IMG/VR virus record: IMGVR_UViG_3300017743_000004
Span: 4,621-68,620 of that record
Length of the DNA stretch: 64,000 nt
Reading direction: 5' to 3' (one strand)
Source of the DNA: a virus
Positions 9,491-18,107 of the stretch are shown in pieces (position 1 is the first letter of the stretch; every line of letters begins with the position of its first letter). The position numbers were made by a program, and so were the translations under genes. The notes under the pieces were generated by a model. That model did not search any database. It worked only from the letters and a program-made list of their open reading frames with translations, and was not told the DNA's origin.

Positions 9491-10071
9491 TTAGTTTATT
9501 AGAAATATACGAGCAAGAATCCCAAAAATTAGATCCCTCTAAAGTTGTAATCTTTTCAGATATGGATGGAGTGCTTACAGACTTTGATAAGTACTATGAG
9601 GAGATTACAGGCGTAAATAAAAATTCTAAAATAGCTAAAGACAAAGATATGTTTTATGAGCTATTAAATGATGCCCTAGATAGAAAAGGGATGGACTATA
9701 GAGATTTCTTTGCCCAAATGCCTCCCTTAGCAGACTATATGGAGTATTGGAATTATATTACCTCATTAGGTCGTCCTGTGTATTTGCTAACAGCCCCTAT
9801 GAGACCACCTGAGTCAAGAGATGGAAAAGATGATTGGGCTAAAGAATATTTAACCGGAGTTAAAAAAGTATTATTTTTTGGAAGCAATTATAAACAAAAA
9901 GTAATGGATATTTACTTTAAAATTCCAAAAGATGACCCCTCTCGTAAAAACTTAATACTTATTGACGACAGAGAAGGTAATATTACAAATTGGAGAAAAG
10001 CAGGTGGAACAGGTATACTACATACAAGCGCAGCCGATACTATCTCCCAGCTTAAAAAATTAGGTTTATGA
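9487..10071 (+). CDS. HAD-family 5'(3')-nucleotidase-like phosphatase
   Basis: DMDGVLTDF motif I, LLTAP motif II, K, LIDDR motif IV, AGGTGILH. Likely start ATG 9487 (ATGA overlap), giving leader MISLLEIYE. Confidence 0.85.
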   Translation: MISLLEIYEQESQKLDPSKVVIFSDMDGVLTDFDKYYEEITGVNKNSKIAKDKDMFYELLNDALDRKGMDYRDFFAQMPPLADYMEYWNYITSLGRPVYLLTAPMRPPESRDGKDDWAKEYLTGVKKVLFFGSNYKQKVMDIYFKIPKDDPSRKNLILIDDREGNITNWRKAGGTGILHTSAADTISQLKKLGL

Positions 10072-10652
10072 GTGAAAACGTTTTAAAAAAACAGTTCAAA
10101 GAAAAAGATGTAAATCGTTTACGTAATATCTTTTCTAAAAACGCGGGCAACAAAACTGTTGTACAGTCCGGTTATTCCAAAGAACACGTTAAATATAGCG
10201 AAGGAGACGTGTGGGTAGAAAATGATAAGCAATGGACTATCAAAGATGGTATCAGACAATCCGTCTCTAAACTAGATAAAGCTAGACAAACCTCAAATTT
10301 TCCAATGTTTTGTCCTTGTTGTAACAAGATGATGAAACATAAAAGTGATAAGCAATTTTGGACATTATATAAAAGATGTTTTGAATGTCAAGTTGATTTT
10401 GAAACAGATTTGAGGATAGAAGGGTTGTGGGATACATATCAAACTAAAATCTTAAACGCTAGTGTAGATAATTTGATTTATGATTATGAACATTGGATAG
10501 AAGAAATGTTAAATGAAAGTGGTCAGTCTTATATTACTGAAGCAGGTGATGTTGAAAAATGGGCTGGAGGAATTAATGTAGAAAGAGTTTTAGAATCTAA
10601 AGAAAAAACAATAGAATTCTTAAAAGGACTAAAAAAAGATGACAACACTTGA
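10068..10652 (+). CDS. hypothetical protein with CxxC...CxxC zinc ribbon
   Basis: CPCC...CFEC; coupled by ATGA overlap. Confidence 0.6.
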   Translation: MSENVLKKQFKEKDVNRLRNIFSKNAGNKTVVQSGYSKEHVKYSEGDVWVENDKQWTIKDGIRQSVSKLDKARQTSNFPMFCPCCNKMMKHKSDKQFWTLYKRCFECQVDFETDLRIEGLWDTYQTKILNASVDNLIYDYEHWIEEMLNESGQSYITEAGDVEKWAGGINVERVLESKEKTIEFLKGLKKDDNT

Positions 10653-11247
10653 GTTAATAGGAGTATTATCTGTAGCTATAATAACATCAATATTAGGCCC
10701 TATAGCCGTAGCTTGGGCTAAAACTAAATTTTCCTCTAAAAAAGATTCCTTAACTAAAGATATAGATGCCTCAGAGCAAGTTCAGGAGCAAATTGAAGAT
10801 TTATTAGATGAATTAAACGCCGATAGAGTATGGATTTCAATGTTCCATAACGGAGGTCATCTTTATCCAACAGGAAAATCACTCCAAAAATTCTCCATCA
10901 TGTATGAGACTTTAGGAGTAGGACATTCCAAATCCATTAAAGAAACATTCCAGAATGTACCTATTTCTTTATTTGCTAAAACCATGGGTAAACTAAATAA
11001 AGATGGAGAAATTAAAGCTAGTATTAAATGTCAAGAAGGTAACTTTGGATTAACAGCATTTTTAACTGAATATGGTTCCAAATGTTTATTAATGTTAGCA
11101 TTAGAAGATTTACAGGAACATTTTATAGGGATGTTAACAGTTGAGTTTGCATACGATCGCGAAGAACTCTCGGAAGATGAGTTAATATTTATAACACAGA
11201 AAACATCTGTGATAGGAACATTATTATCAACTTTTGTAAAAAAATAA
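10639..11247 (+). CDS. N-terminal TM + GAF-like domain protein, candidate T4-T-type holin
   Basis: Hydrophobic aa 5-27; ADRVWISMFHNG...FSIMYE...FIGMLTVEF pattern fits a GAF fold. Confidence 0.5.
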   Translation: MTTLELIGVLSVAIITSILGPIAVAWAKTKFSSKKDSLTKDIDASEQVQEQIEDLLDELNADRVWISMFHNGGHLYPTGKSLQKFSIMYETLGVGHSKSIKETFQNVPISLFAKTMGKLNKDGEIKASIKCQEGNFGLTAFLTEYGSKCLLMLALEDLQEHFIGMLTVEFAYDREELSEDELIFITQKTSVIGTLLSTFVKK

Positions 11248-11248
11248 T

Positions 11249-11710
11249 ATGAGTATAAAACTTTCTAAATCCGACATGGATAAACTCCACTCCAAAGGAG
11301 AAGGCGAAATTGGTGGTGAAAAAATAACTTACGACCAAGTCAACGAAAAAAAGGTTGAATTAGACGATAAAACTAAATTCCAACTAGATTTAAAACATCT
11401 TTTAGATAAGCATGTAGTTAAAGAAATGGCCGAAGAAGTAATGAAACAAAAAGGCTATTCAAAATTTCTAGTGTCTAAAGATAATCCTAAAGGTGAAACT
11501 TCAGGTTTAGATGATAAAACTTTAAGTAAGATTTTAATGCAAATTGGTAGTAAAGTTAAAGAAACAATCCAATTAGGAGAAAATCTAAACGAGGAATTAT
11601 GTGCTAAAGGTAAAGCCTATATTAGAAAAAGAAAAGCGGCAGGTGAAAAATCATCAGCTTACCTTTCGGGACGTGCTGTTAAGGTTTGTAAAGGACAAAT
11701 GAAAGGATAA
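11249..11710 (+). CDS. modular hypothetical protein, probable head-internal protein
   Basis: Short modules separated by VNE/VKE/LNE; basic C-terminal LCAKG...SAYLSGRAVKVCKG module. Confidence 0.55.
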   Translation: MSIKLSKSDMDKLHSKGEGEIGGEKITYDQVNEKKVELDDKTKFQLDLKHLLDKHVVKEMAEEVMKQKGYSKFLVSKDNPKGETSGLDDKTLSKILMQIGSKVKETIQLGENLNEELCAKGKAYIRKRKAAGEKSSAYLSGRAVKVCKGQMKG

Positions 11711-11712
11711 TT

Positions 11713-12303
11713 ATGAGCTTTGATTTAAAAAAATATTTAGCAAATAATATACTGCTAACTGAAGATATTGGAAATTTACCTCAATTAGACCCAACTGATT
11801 TAAAAGGGGTAGATTTAACTAAAGCAGTAAAAGAAACTTTAGATGAAGATGAAATTCTTAATGAAGCTCTTGCAACTTTAGTAGTAGGTGGTATTTTAGC
11901 CGCTCCTAAACTTATTAATTGGTTAGGTAAAGCTATTAAATCAATTCAAAAGTTTTTTAATAAGAAAAGTGAAACAGAAGTAGCAGATTCTATTGCAGAG
12001 TTTGGACATAAATGGGAAAAACTTTACCTAAAAGCTATCATATCAGTTATTAAGCTTACAGGATTTGCTAAGTCCCAATGGAAAATGAAAGACGGAGAAA
12101 TAGACGAACAAAAATTAGTTACTATTGCAAAAATGATATTAATGGTTATTTTAATAGTAGCTGCATCACTTGGTATAGGAGGAGTAATTTCAGCAAAATC
12201 CTCAATTGTTAAAGCTCTAGAAGGAACTTTTACTGGGGTTAAAGGTACTGAAATAAAGGCCTTACTTAGTACAATTATGACCCAACTTTCTTCCTTTAAA
12301 TAA
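11713..12303 (+). CDS. probable head-internal protein with hydrophobic helices
   Basis: Leader MSFDLKKYL; two hydrophobic segments after ILNE. Confidence 0.55.
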   Translation: MSFDLKKYLANNILLTEDIGNLPQLDPTDLKGVDLTKAVKETLDEDEILNEALATLVVGGILAAPKLINWLGKAIKSIQKFFNKKSETEVADSIAEFGHKWEKLYLKAIISVIKLTGFAKSQWKMKDGEIDEQKLVTIAKMILMVILIVAASLGIGGVISAKSSIVKALEGTFTGVKGTEIKALLSTIMTQLSSFK

Positions 12304-12310
12304 ACTTCAA

Positions 12311-12589
12311 ATGACCCCAGAACGTCTAAAAGAAATAATTAAAGAATCACTCCGAGATTGGTTTAAAAAAGAAGATTGGGTTCGAATCGATACCCAAGGT
12401 AATATTACTGGTCCTTGTGGTACAATGAAAAAAGGAAAAGCCACCACAAGATGTCTCCCCAGAAAAAAAGCTCAATCTTTAACTAAAGCACAAAGAGCAG
12501 CTACCGCTAGAAAAAAAGTTAGAGGTAGTAAAAAAGGCAAACAATTTGTAAGGAATACGAAAAAAGCTACTTACAAGAAAAAATCATAA
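12311..12589 (+). CDS. small basic Cys-containing phage protein
   Basis: Leader LKEIIKE, then SLRDWF..EDWV...PCG...CLP, Lys/Arg-rich. Confidence 0.6.
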   Translation: MTPERLKEIIKESLRDWFKKEDWVRIDTQGNITGPCGTMKKGKATTRCLPRKKAQSLTKAQRAATARKKVRGSKKGKQFVRNTKKATYKKKS

Positions 12590-12596
12590 TATTTAT
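12589..12596 (+). promoter_or_regulatory. putative late promoter core ATATTTAT
   Basis: TAATATTTATAAACAAAA overlapping stop codon; ATG at 12611. Confidence 0.7.
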
Positions 12597-12610
12597 AAAC
12601 AAAATTAATC

Positions 12611-13315
12611 ATGGCAAATAAATTTGACCTAGAAAAATATTTAAAAGAAAATAAAGTACTTTCTCAATCTGGGAGATCTTTAATTTCAGAAGCTAGACCT
12701 AGTGGATTCGGTAGTGGAACAGGACGTAGTAAAACTATCGCTAAAGGTGGAGAAGGTAACCCCGAAGTTATAGCTAAACTTAAAGCTAAGGAAAAAGAAG
12801 AAGAAGAAAAGCTTGCAAAATCCAAAGAAGCTAGAAAATTCAAAATGATTGACGGTGTTCCTCATAAGTTTAAGGATGGAAAATTTGTACCCTTAAAGAA
12901 AAAGATGCAGGAAATGGATGATGATGATACTGGTGCTTCATTAGAAGACCTCTACCAAATGGACCAGGAAATGTTAGATAAGCTAAAAAGAGATAAAAAA
13001 TATCCTGATCTTGATGATGTAGTAGATCCTGATGATCCGTTTGATTTAGAACTTCAACGTGCTATGGATAATGATGATATGATGGAGGCTAAAGATGATG
13101 AAGTAGAAGACATCGATGTTGAAGACGACGAGGAAATGGAAGTAGAAGAGCCTGCTGATGATGAGCCTATAATGGGAGATGAAATCTCAGATGAGAAACA
13201 AGACCTTCAAAAACAACTCACCCAGGCATACAATTCAGCCTTAAAAATGGGAGATGAAAAGTTAACTACACAGTTATCTAATACTATTACATATTACTTA
13301 AAAACTTTGTTTTAA
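12611..13315 (+). CDS. probable head-internal protein (basic then acidic modules)
   Basis: Leader FDLEKYLKEN; alternating charge blocks. Confidence 0.55.
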   Translation: MANKFDLEKYLKENKVLSQSGRSLISEARPSGFGSGTGRSKTIAKGGEGNPEVIAKLKAKEKEEEEKLAKSKEARKFKMIDGVPHKFKDGKFVPLKKKMQEMDDDDTGASLEDLYQMDQEMLDKLKRDKKYPDLDDVVDPDDPFDLELQRAMDNDDMMEAKDDEVEDIDVEDDEEMEVEEPADDEPIMGDEISDEKQDLQKQLTQAYNSALKMGDEKLTTQLSNTITYYLKTLF

Positions 13316-13325
13316 ATAAATAATT

Positions 13326-13499
13326 ATGGATACACAAGAACTAAAAGAACAATTAGACACGTTATACGAAACATTTTCTACCGAACATGAGGGTAGCTCT
13401 AAGGCAGCTCATGGTAGAGCACGTAAGGCTTTATCTGAAATTAAAAATGTAATTAAAGAATATAGAGCAGCTTCAATCAATGAAGACAAGCAAAAGTAA
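13326..13499 (+). CDS. histone H1-like (Hc1-like) small protein, 57 aa
   Basis: Below ORF-track cutoff: MDTQELKEQLDTLYETFSTEHEGSSKAAHGRARKALSEIKNVIKEYRAASINEDKQK; KAAxxRARKA...EYR.AS resembles the Hc1-like N-terminal domain common in Bacteroidota. Confidence 0.7.
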   Translation: MDTQELKEQLDTLYETFSTEHEGSSKAAHGRARKALSEIKNVIKEYRAASINEDKQK

Positions 13500-14265
13500 T
13501 ATAAACGAAAAAAAGCTTAGCAAAGCAGAACTAAATCGTAGAGAAGAGATCATCAAAGATCTCAAAGGCAACAAACGTGAGTTTGTTAAACGTTATGGGA
13601 AGGATGCCGAAAAAGTAATGTATGCTAGAGCAACTAACATAGCTAAAAAACAAGCCGAAGCCATGAATCCAGAATCTGCAAATAAAATTAAAGAAGCTAT
13701 TAAAACAGCTTTAATGGGCCCCGTATCAGAGCAACAACCATCAACTGATAAGTATGATGATAATCCTGCTTTAAAAGGAAAACAAAGCGAATTACCAGAT
13801 GGTCTTCAAAAAGCCATTATTAAAAAAGCAGGAGGTAAAGTGCAAGAAGATGATAGAGTTGATTATACATTTTTTGCAAAAAGGGTACTTGAGGATTTAA
13901 TGAAAAATGGATTAGGTAAAGAAGATATTAGGCGTGTAATGTTCCAAATGGAATTTATCATGCAAAAGCCTGATATGTTTACAGAAGGCGATTTAGATGT
14001 TGGACATCAAGACGATGAGCCAAATATGATAAGAGCTAACCTATACCAATTAACTACATATTCTGCCGAACTTATGCATATGATGAAAAAGTATGATGAT
14101 ATGGCAGGTGAGGTAGATTTTCCCCATTGGTGGCAAGCCAAAATAACTAAAGCCTTGGATTACATGGAGAAAGCTAAACATTACTTAGAAAATAAAGAAG
14201 CTTTAGCCAAAATAGATTCCATGACAGATAGAGTAATGGAAAATGTACTTAAAAAACTCCAATGA
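13480..14265 (+). CDS. modular hypothetical protein, probable head-internal protein
   Basis: Modules delimited by INE, VSE, VQE, FTE; C-terminal PHWWQAKITKA..Y helix. Confidence 0.55.
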   Translation: MKTSKSNINEKKLSKAELNRREEIIKDLKGNKREFVKRYGKDAEKVMYARATNIAKKQAEAMNPESANKIKEAIKTALMGPVSEQQPSTDKYDDNPALKGKQSELPDGLQKAIIKKAGGKVQEDDRVDYTFFAKRVLEDLMKNGLGKEDIRRVMFQMEFIMQKPDMFTEGDLDVGHQDDEPNMIRANLYQLTTYSAELMHMMKKYDDMAGEVDFPHWWQAKITKALDYMEKAKHYLENKEALAKIDSMTDRVMENVLKKLQ

Positions 14266-14741
14266 CAAGAGAAGAACTCCGGGATAGAATTAGAACTATA
14301 GTAAAGTCTATTTATCAAGATAGAACTGACCTTGATATGCCCAAAGCAGAGTATGATGAAATCACAAAATTTCCTCAACTCAAACAGGCCCTCACAGATC
14401 TACTTACCCCAGAGTTCGATATGTTTATAGATACTATAGATTATGTAGCACCTAAACCTACTACTTTCCGTATTAATTTAAAAAACGGAGAAAATTTTAT
14501 GCTAGTATATGATCCTCGTTCATTTGTAGCTAAAATTGAAGGTAAAAAATATTATATTTTAAATTTAAATGAGCTTGAGTTAGCATGTATAGCATTAGCT
14601 CGTTTATTATCATATGGAGAGTCTTTATCTCCGGAAGAGGCCGAAGCAGCAGAAACAGCAGCCGCGGAAACTACAGCCGATGAATTTGATACAGAGGAGC
14701 CTGCTGAAGAACCTGCTGAAGAAACTCCTGAAGAATTATAA
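14262..14741 (+). CDS. hypothetical protein with acidic tail
   Basis: Leader ELRDRIRTIVK; E/A/P-rich C-terminus. Confidence 0.6.
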   Translation: MTREELRDRIRTIVKSIYQDRTDLDMPKAEYDEITKFPQLKQALTDLLTPEFDMFIDTIDYVAPKPTTFRINLKNGENFMLVYDPRSFVAKIEGKKYYILNLNELELACIALARLLSYGESLSPEEAEAAETAAAETTADEFDTEEPAEEPAEETPEEL

Positions 14742-15223
14742 TGAAAAATTTTGACCTAAAAGAATATTTAAAAGACACTAAAAAGTGTCCTACTCCTACT
14801 CAGGATGTAGCCTTAAATACAGCTAATAGAGATAGAGCAATTCAAGCTGACTTTATTAGATATGGTCCTTTAAATGTAGAAAAACCTGGTGATTATTGGG
14901 AAATAACTGCTAAAAAATGGAATACTACAGTTGAAGCCGCTAAAGCCTCAAGATGTGCTAATTGTGTAGCATTCGATGTTTCACCTAGAATGATTGATAA
15001 ATGCATACCTGCGATAGCTTCTGAACCTGTTGAAGATAAAGATGGGATTTTAGGTTATTGTTGGATGCACCAATTTAAATGTCATTCAGCAAGATCATGT
15101 AATACTTGGGCTGCAGGTGGGCCTATCAGTAAAAATGACGTATCTTACGATTGGCAAAAAAGAAATTTAAAAGCAGCTCTAGACCCAGAACCCATAGATC
15201 CTGATATGTACAAAGACGATTAA
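14741..15223 (+). CDS. Cys-rich metal-binding phage protein
   Basis: Leader FDLKEYLK; CANCVAF...GYC...C...C..W. Confidence 0.6.
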   Translation: MKNFDLKEYLKDTKKCPTPTQDVALNTANRDRAIQADFIRYGPLNVEKPGDYWEITAKKWNTTVEAAKASRCANCVAFDVSPRMIDKCIPAIASEPVEDKDGILGYCWMHQFKCHSARSCNTWAAGGPISKNDVSYDWQKRNLKAALDPEPIDPDMYKDD

Positions 15224-16465
15224 ATGGACGCATTAGAAAAATTTTTAAATAGTGTAGCTTATAAATTTGATAAAGGGTATCCTGATGTAAATAATGCACA
15301 GGATATTTCTCTTTTAGAAGAATTAATCAGCAAAACATTAGGTGAATCCTTCAGTTTTGATATCTTGAAAGAAGAATTATTTATTTTTGAAGCTACAGAT
15401 AGAGAAATCTCATCGAATACTAAAAAAGCAGTAGCTGATATTATCCAAAACGCAGATTCATCTTTTGGGTTTAAAGCTCAATCCAACGCAAATCGTTTAG
15501 GTAATCCTAACAAAGTAGATCCTGAAAAAGTCCAACAGGTATTTAAAGATACTATTGGTGTTGAAGGAGAAATTAAAATTTATAATCCACGTTCAGGACC
15601 TAACCCCTCAGGTAAATTCGATATGTATGAATTTGATTCTGAAAAATACGGTCCTGTTAGAATTGTTTTAAGTGGTGGAGGTAACGCTGGTGAAAAATAC
15701 GAGAAAGAATTCGTAGCTAAATCTAAAGCAACAGCAGGAGATTCTAAAGAAAACCTTCCAACAGACCTTAAAACATTATATTCTTCCTTAGGTATTGATA
15801 ATACTAAACTAACCCCAGACGATATCGAGTTTGCGGGTGCTACAGACACAAAAAGATCACTATCACTAGAAGGTCCCAAAGATATTGGTAAAATCATTTC
15901 GGACATGACCATTAAATATAATGGTAAAGAATATTATATCTCATTAAAAAATAAAGCAGGTTCAGGTATCTACTCAGGTAAAAATATACCTTTCATCTAT
16001 GATAAAGATGGTATTGTAGTATATGATGCTTCTAAAAAAGGAAGTGCTCCTGGTATTGATTTATTGTTTGACATTTTTAATATAGATGAAGAAAAGTTAG
16101 CCCAAGGTTTAAATAATTTTAAAAATCAAGAAGGTGAGGTTGATAGTTTTTCTCCAGTAGATATTGATAAAGATAAATTTAAAAACTTACTTGCTTCATC
16201 TTTAGGATATGGTTATTATTATGTTAGAGAAAAAGGAAAAGGTGATGTAAAAGTTATTCCTTTGCTTACAGCTGAAGACGCTATGGATGCTGTTGGTACT
16301 ATTAAGAATACTCAAGTTAAATATCCTGGTCCTAATACAAAACAATTAACTATAAAAATTGATACTGATAGTCCTACATTTGGATCATCACAATATCAAG
16401 TAGCAGTTAGGAATACCCAAGGTAAATTTTTACCATTATCATTAAGAATTTCAAAAGTTAAATAA
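15224..16465 (+). CDS. restriction-endonuclease-fold (PD-(D/E)XK-like) protein with N-terminal leader
   Basis: GEKYEKE helix, ISDMTI and YISLK resemble the E...PD...(E/S)xK catalytic layout. Confidence 0.5.
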   Translation: MDALEKFLNSVAYKFDKGYPDVNNAQDISLLEELISKTLGESFSFDILKEELFIFEATDREISSNTKKAVADIIQNADSSFGFKAQSNANRLGNPNKVDPEKVQQVFKDTIGVEGEIKIYNPRSGPNPSGKFDMYEFDSEKYGPVRIVLSGGGNAGEKYEKEFVAKSKATAGDSKENLPTDLKTLYSSLGIDNTKLTPDDIEFAGATDTKRSLSLEGPKDIGKIISDMTIKYNGKEYYISLKNKAGSGIYSGKNIPFIYDKDGIVVYDASKKGSAPGIDLLFDIFNIDEEKLAQGLNNFKNQEGEVDSFSPVDIDKDKFKNLLASSLGYGYYYVREKGKGDVKVIPLLTAEDAMDAVGTIKNTQVKYPGPNTKQLTIKIDTDSPTFGSSQYQVAVRNTQGKFLPLSLRISKVK

Positions 16466-16467
16466 CT

Positions 16468-17259
16468 ATGTGCGACTGTGGATGTAATACTTGCGACAAT
16501 ACTAAAATCTCGTTAAACGAGAGCTTAGTCCCTAAACAATTAGCCCCACAGATCCTATCCGAGGGCTTAAACTACCATTTAGAAAACAATATTCCATTAT
16601 ACGAGAATATCTACCAGTATGGTTCAGAAAAGTATTTTACTTTACTAAACGAGGCTAGAAAATTATACACTAGAGGAATGTTAGATTTAAATGAAGATGA
16701 TGAAGATTTAATTAGAACTAACATTGGTGCTTTTGGAATATGCGAAGGTAAAAGAGTTCCTTTAGATTTTCCCATGTTGAACGAGGATTTAGACGAACAA
16801 AAAGAGTATACTAAAGGTGATTTTGAACAAATGGCTTCAAGGGAATTTAAACCCGGAGAAGCTACTAATTCAGATATAGTAGCCCTTGCTAGAAAAGCAT
16901 TTTTGGATTATAAGTTTGGGAGAGGATTTAAACAATATTTCCCTAAAACTTTTTTAGACGAAGCTAAAAAGAAAAAGAAAAAAGACCCTCCAATTGGAAA
17001 ACCAATGCGTTCCTCCTCAGGAGGTAAAGCATATAAAGTATATGTTAAAGATCCTAAAACTGGAAATATCAAAACAATACGTTTCGGTTCAGGTGGATTA
17101 AAAGCTAAAATTAATGACCCAAAGGCAAGAGCAGCGTTTTCAAAACGTCATAATTGCCCACAAAAGAAAGATAGAACTAAGGCCTCATATTGGTCTTGTA
17201 GACTACCACGTTATGCAAAATTACTCGGACTTAAATCAAGCTTCAGTGGATTCTGGTAA
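16468..17259 (+). CDS. modular phage protein with basic C-terminal domain
   Basis: CDCGCNTC start; multiple LNE/LDE boundaries; KVYVKDPKTGNIKTIRFG...RH.C...YWSCR domain. Confidence 0.6.
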   Translation: MCDCGCNTCDNTKISLNESLVPKQLAPQILSEGLNYHLENNIPLYENIYQYGSEKYFTLLNEARKLYTRGMLDLNEDDEDLIRTNIGAFGICEGKRVPLDFPMLNEDLDEQKEYTKGDFEQMASREFKPGEATNSDIVALARKAFLDYKFGRGFKQYFPKTFLDEAKKKKKKDPPIGKPMRSSSGGKAYKVYVKDPKTGNIKTIRFGSGGLKAKINDPKARAAFSKRHNCPQKKDRTKASYWSCRLPRYAKLLGLKSSFSGFW

Positions 17260-17521
17260 ACTACCATTCACTCAAGAAAAACAAGGTAAATATATTATTC
17301 GTGAATTCTCTCACCTAGAAGACGATTCAGCTTTCAAGTGGCATAGAGATGAACAGAATAGAAGAGTTACAGTGTTGGAGGGTGAAGGGTGGAAGTTTCA
17401 ATTTGATGAAAAACTCCCCATTCATTTATCCCCAGGTACTAGAATTGATATTCCTAAATTAATAGTTCATAGGATTATTAAAGGAAAAACTGATTTGAAA
17501 ATTAGAATTTTAGAATATTAA
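17246..17521 (+). CDS. small cupin-fold protein
   Basis: WHRDEQNR.VTVLEG.GW...IPKLIVHRI cupin motifs; likely start GTG 17246 rather than 17114. Confidence 0.65.
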   Translation: MDSGKLPFTQEKQGKYIIREFSHLEDDSAFKWHRDEQNRRVTVLEGEGWKFQFDEKLPIHLSPGTRIDIPKLIVHRIIKGKTDLKIRILEY

Positions 17522-17523
17522 CC

Positions 17524-17531
17524 ATATTTAT
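17524..17531 (+). promoter_or_regulatory. putative late promoter core ATATTTAT
   Basis: CATATTTATAAACAAAA; ATG at 17545. Confidence 0.7.
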
Positions 17532-17544
17532 AAACAAAATTAAA

Positions 17545-17976
17545 ATGGGCAACTTTAATTTAAAAAAATATTTAGCTGAAGGTAGATTACTTAACGAATA
17601 CGCCCCAAACATCAGTCTTTATGATGAAGACAATAGAATTTCCGCTGCTATAACCAGGTTTGTTAAAAAGGCTATGGATGATGAGAAAACGGGAGATCAG
17701 ATAATGGATATTATAATCACAAGAGCAAAGGACGGTATTGAAAAATGGCAGAGATCAAAAAAAGATACTGGAAAAGGTAGAGTAAACGAAGGTATCTTTG
17801 GTACTTCTTATGAAGAGAAGTTAAACAAGGCTATAGATAGGTTTGTTCAAAAAAGAATGGACTATGGGGGAGTTGGTGTATTAGATACAATACAGAATAT
17901 CTTAAGAAATATAGCAAAGGATGAAATCAGACGATATGATCGCATCAAACGAGGTCTATACGTTGCTAAAAAATAA
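17545..17976 (+). CDS. probable head-internal protein with internal duplication
   Basis: Leader FNLKKYLAE; two repeats AI.RFV.K.MD...I...AKD.I, each preceded by [LV]NE. Confidence 0.6.
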   Translation: MGNFNLKKYLAEGRLLNEYAPNISLYDEDNRISAAITRFVKKAMDDEKTGDQIMDIIITRAKDGIEKWQRSKKDTGKGRVNEGIFGTSYEEKLNKAIDRFVQKRMDYGGVGVLDTIQNILRNIAKDEIRRYDRIKRGLYVAKK

Positions 17977-18039
17977 AACACTATAAACACCTAGATTCAT
18001 AGCCTAGGGGCTCGAAAGAGTTTATAAAATATGACAGCT

Positions 18040-18075
18040 GTGGCGTCACCAAAACTTGGAGACGTCACTTTTTTT
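18040..18075 (+). terminator. Rho-independent terminator
   Basis: GTGGCGTC...GACGTCAC stem with inner CCAA/TTGG, followed by T7. Confidence 0.8.
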
Positions 18076-18084
18076 ATGTATATT
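18056..18084 (+). promoter_or_regulatory. putative early/host-RNAP promoter TTGGAG-N17-TATATT
   Basis: Same geometry found before 19508, 48679, 57454 and 59132. Confidence 0.6.
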
Positions 18085-18107
18085 CAATCAGTAAACTTTA
18101 AAATTAA

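Noticed and set aside
17114-17245. N-terminal extension of the cupin ORF
   Set aside because: Overlaps the conserved C-terminus of 16468..17259; GTG 17246 gives a compact cupin.
17977-18107. tRNA gene
   Set aside because: No cloverleaf, T-loop consensus in a proper stem, or acceptor stem.
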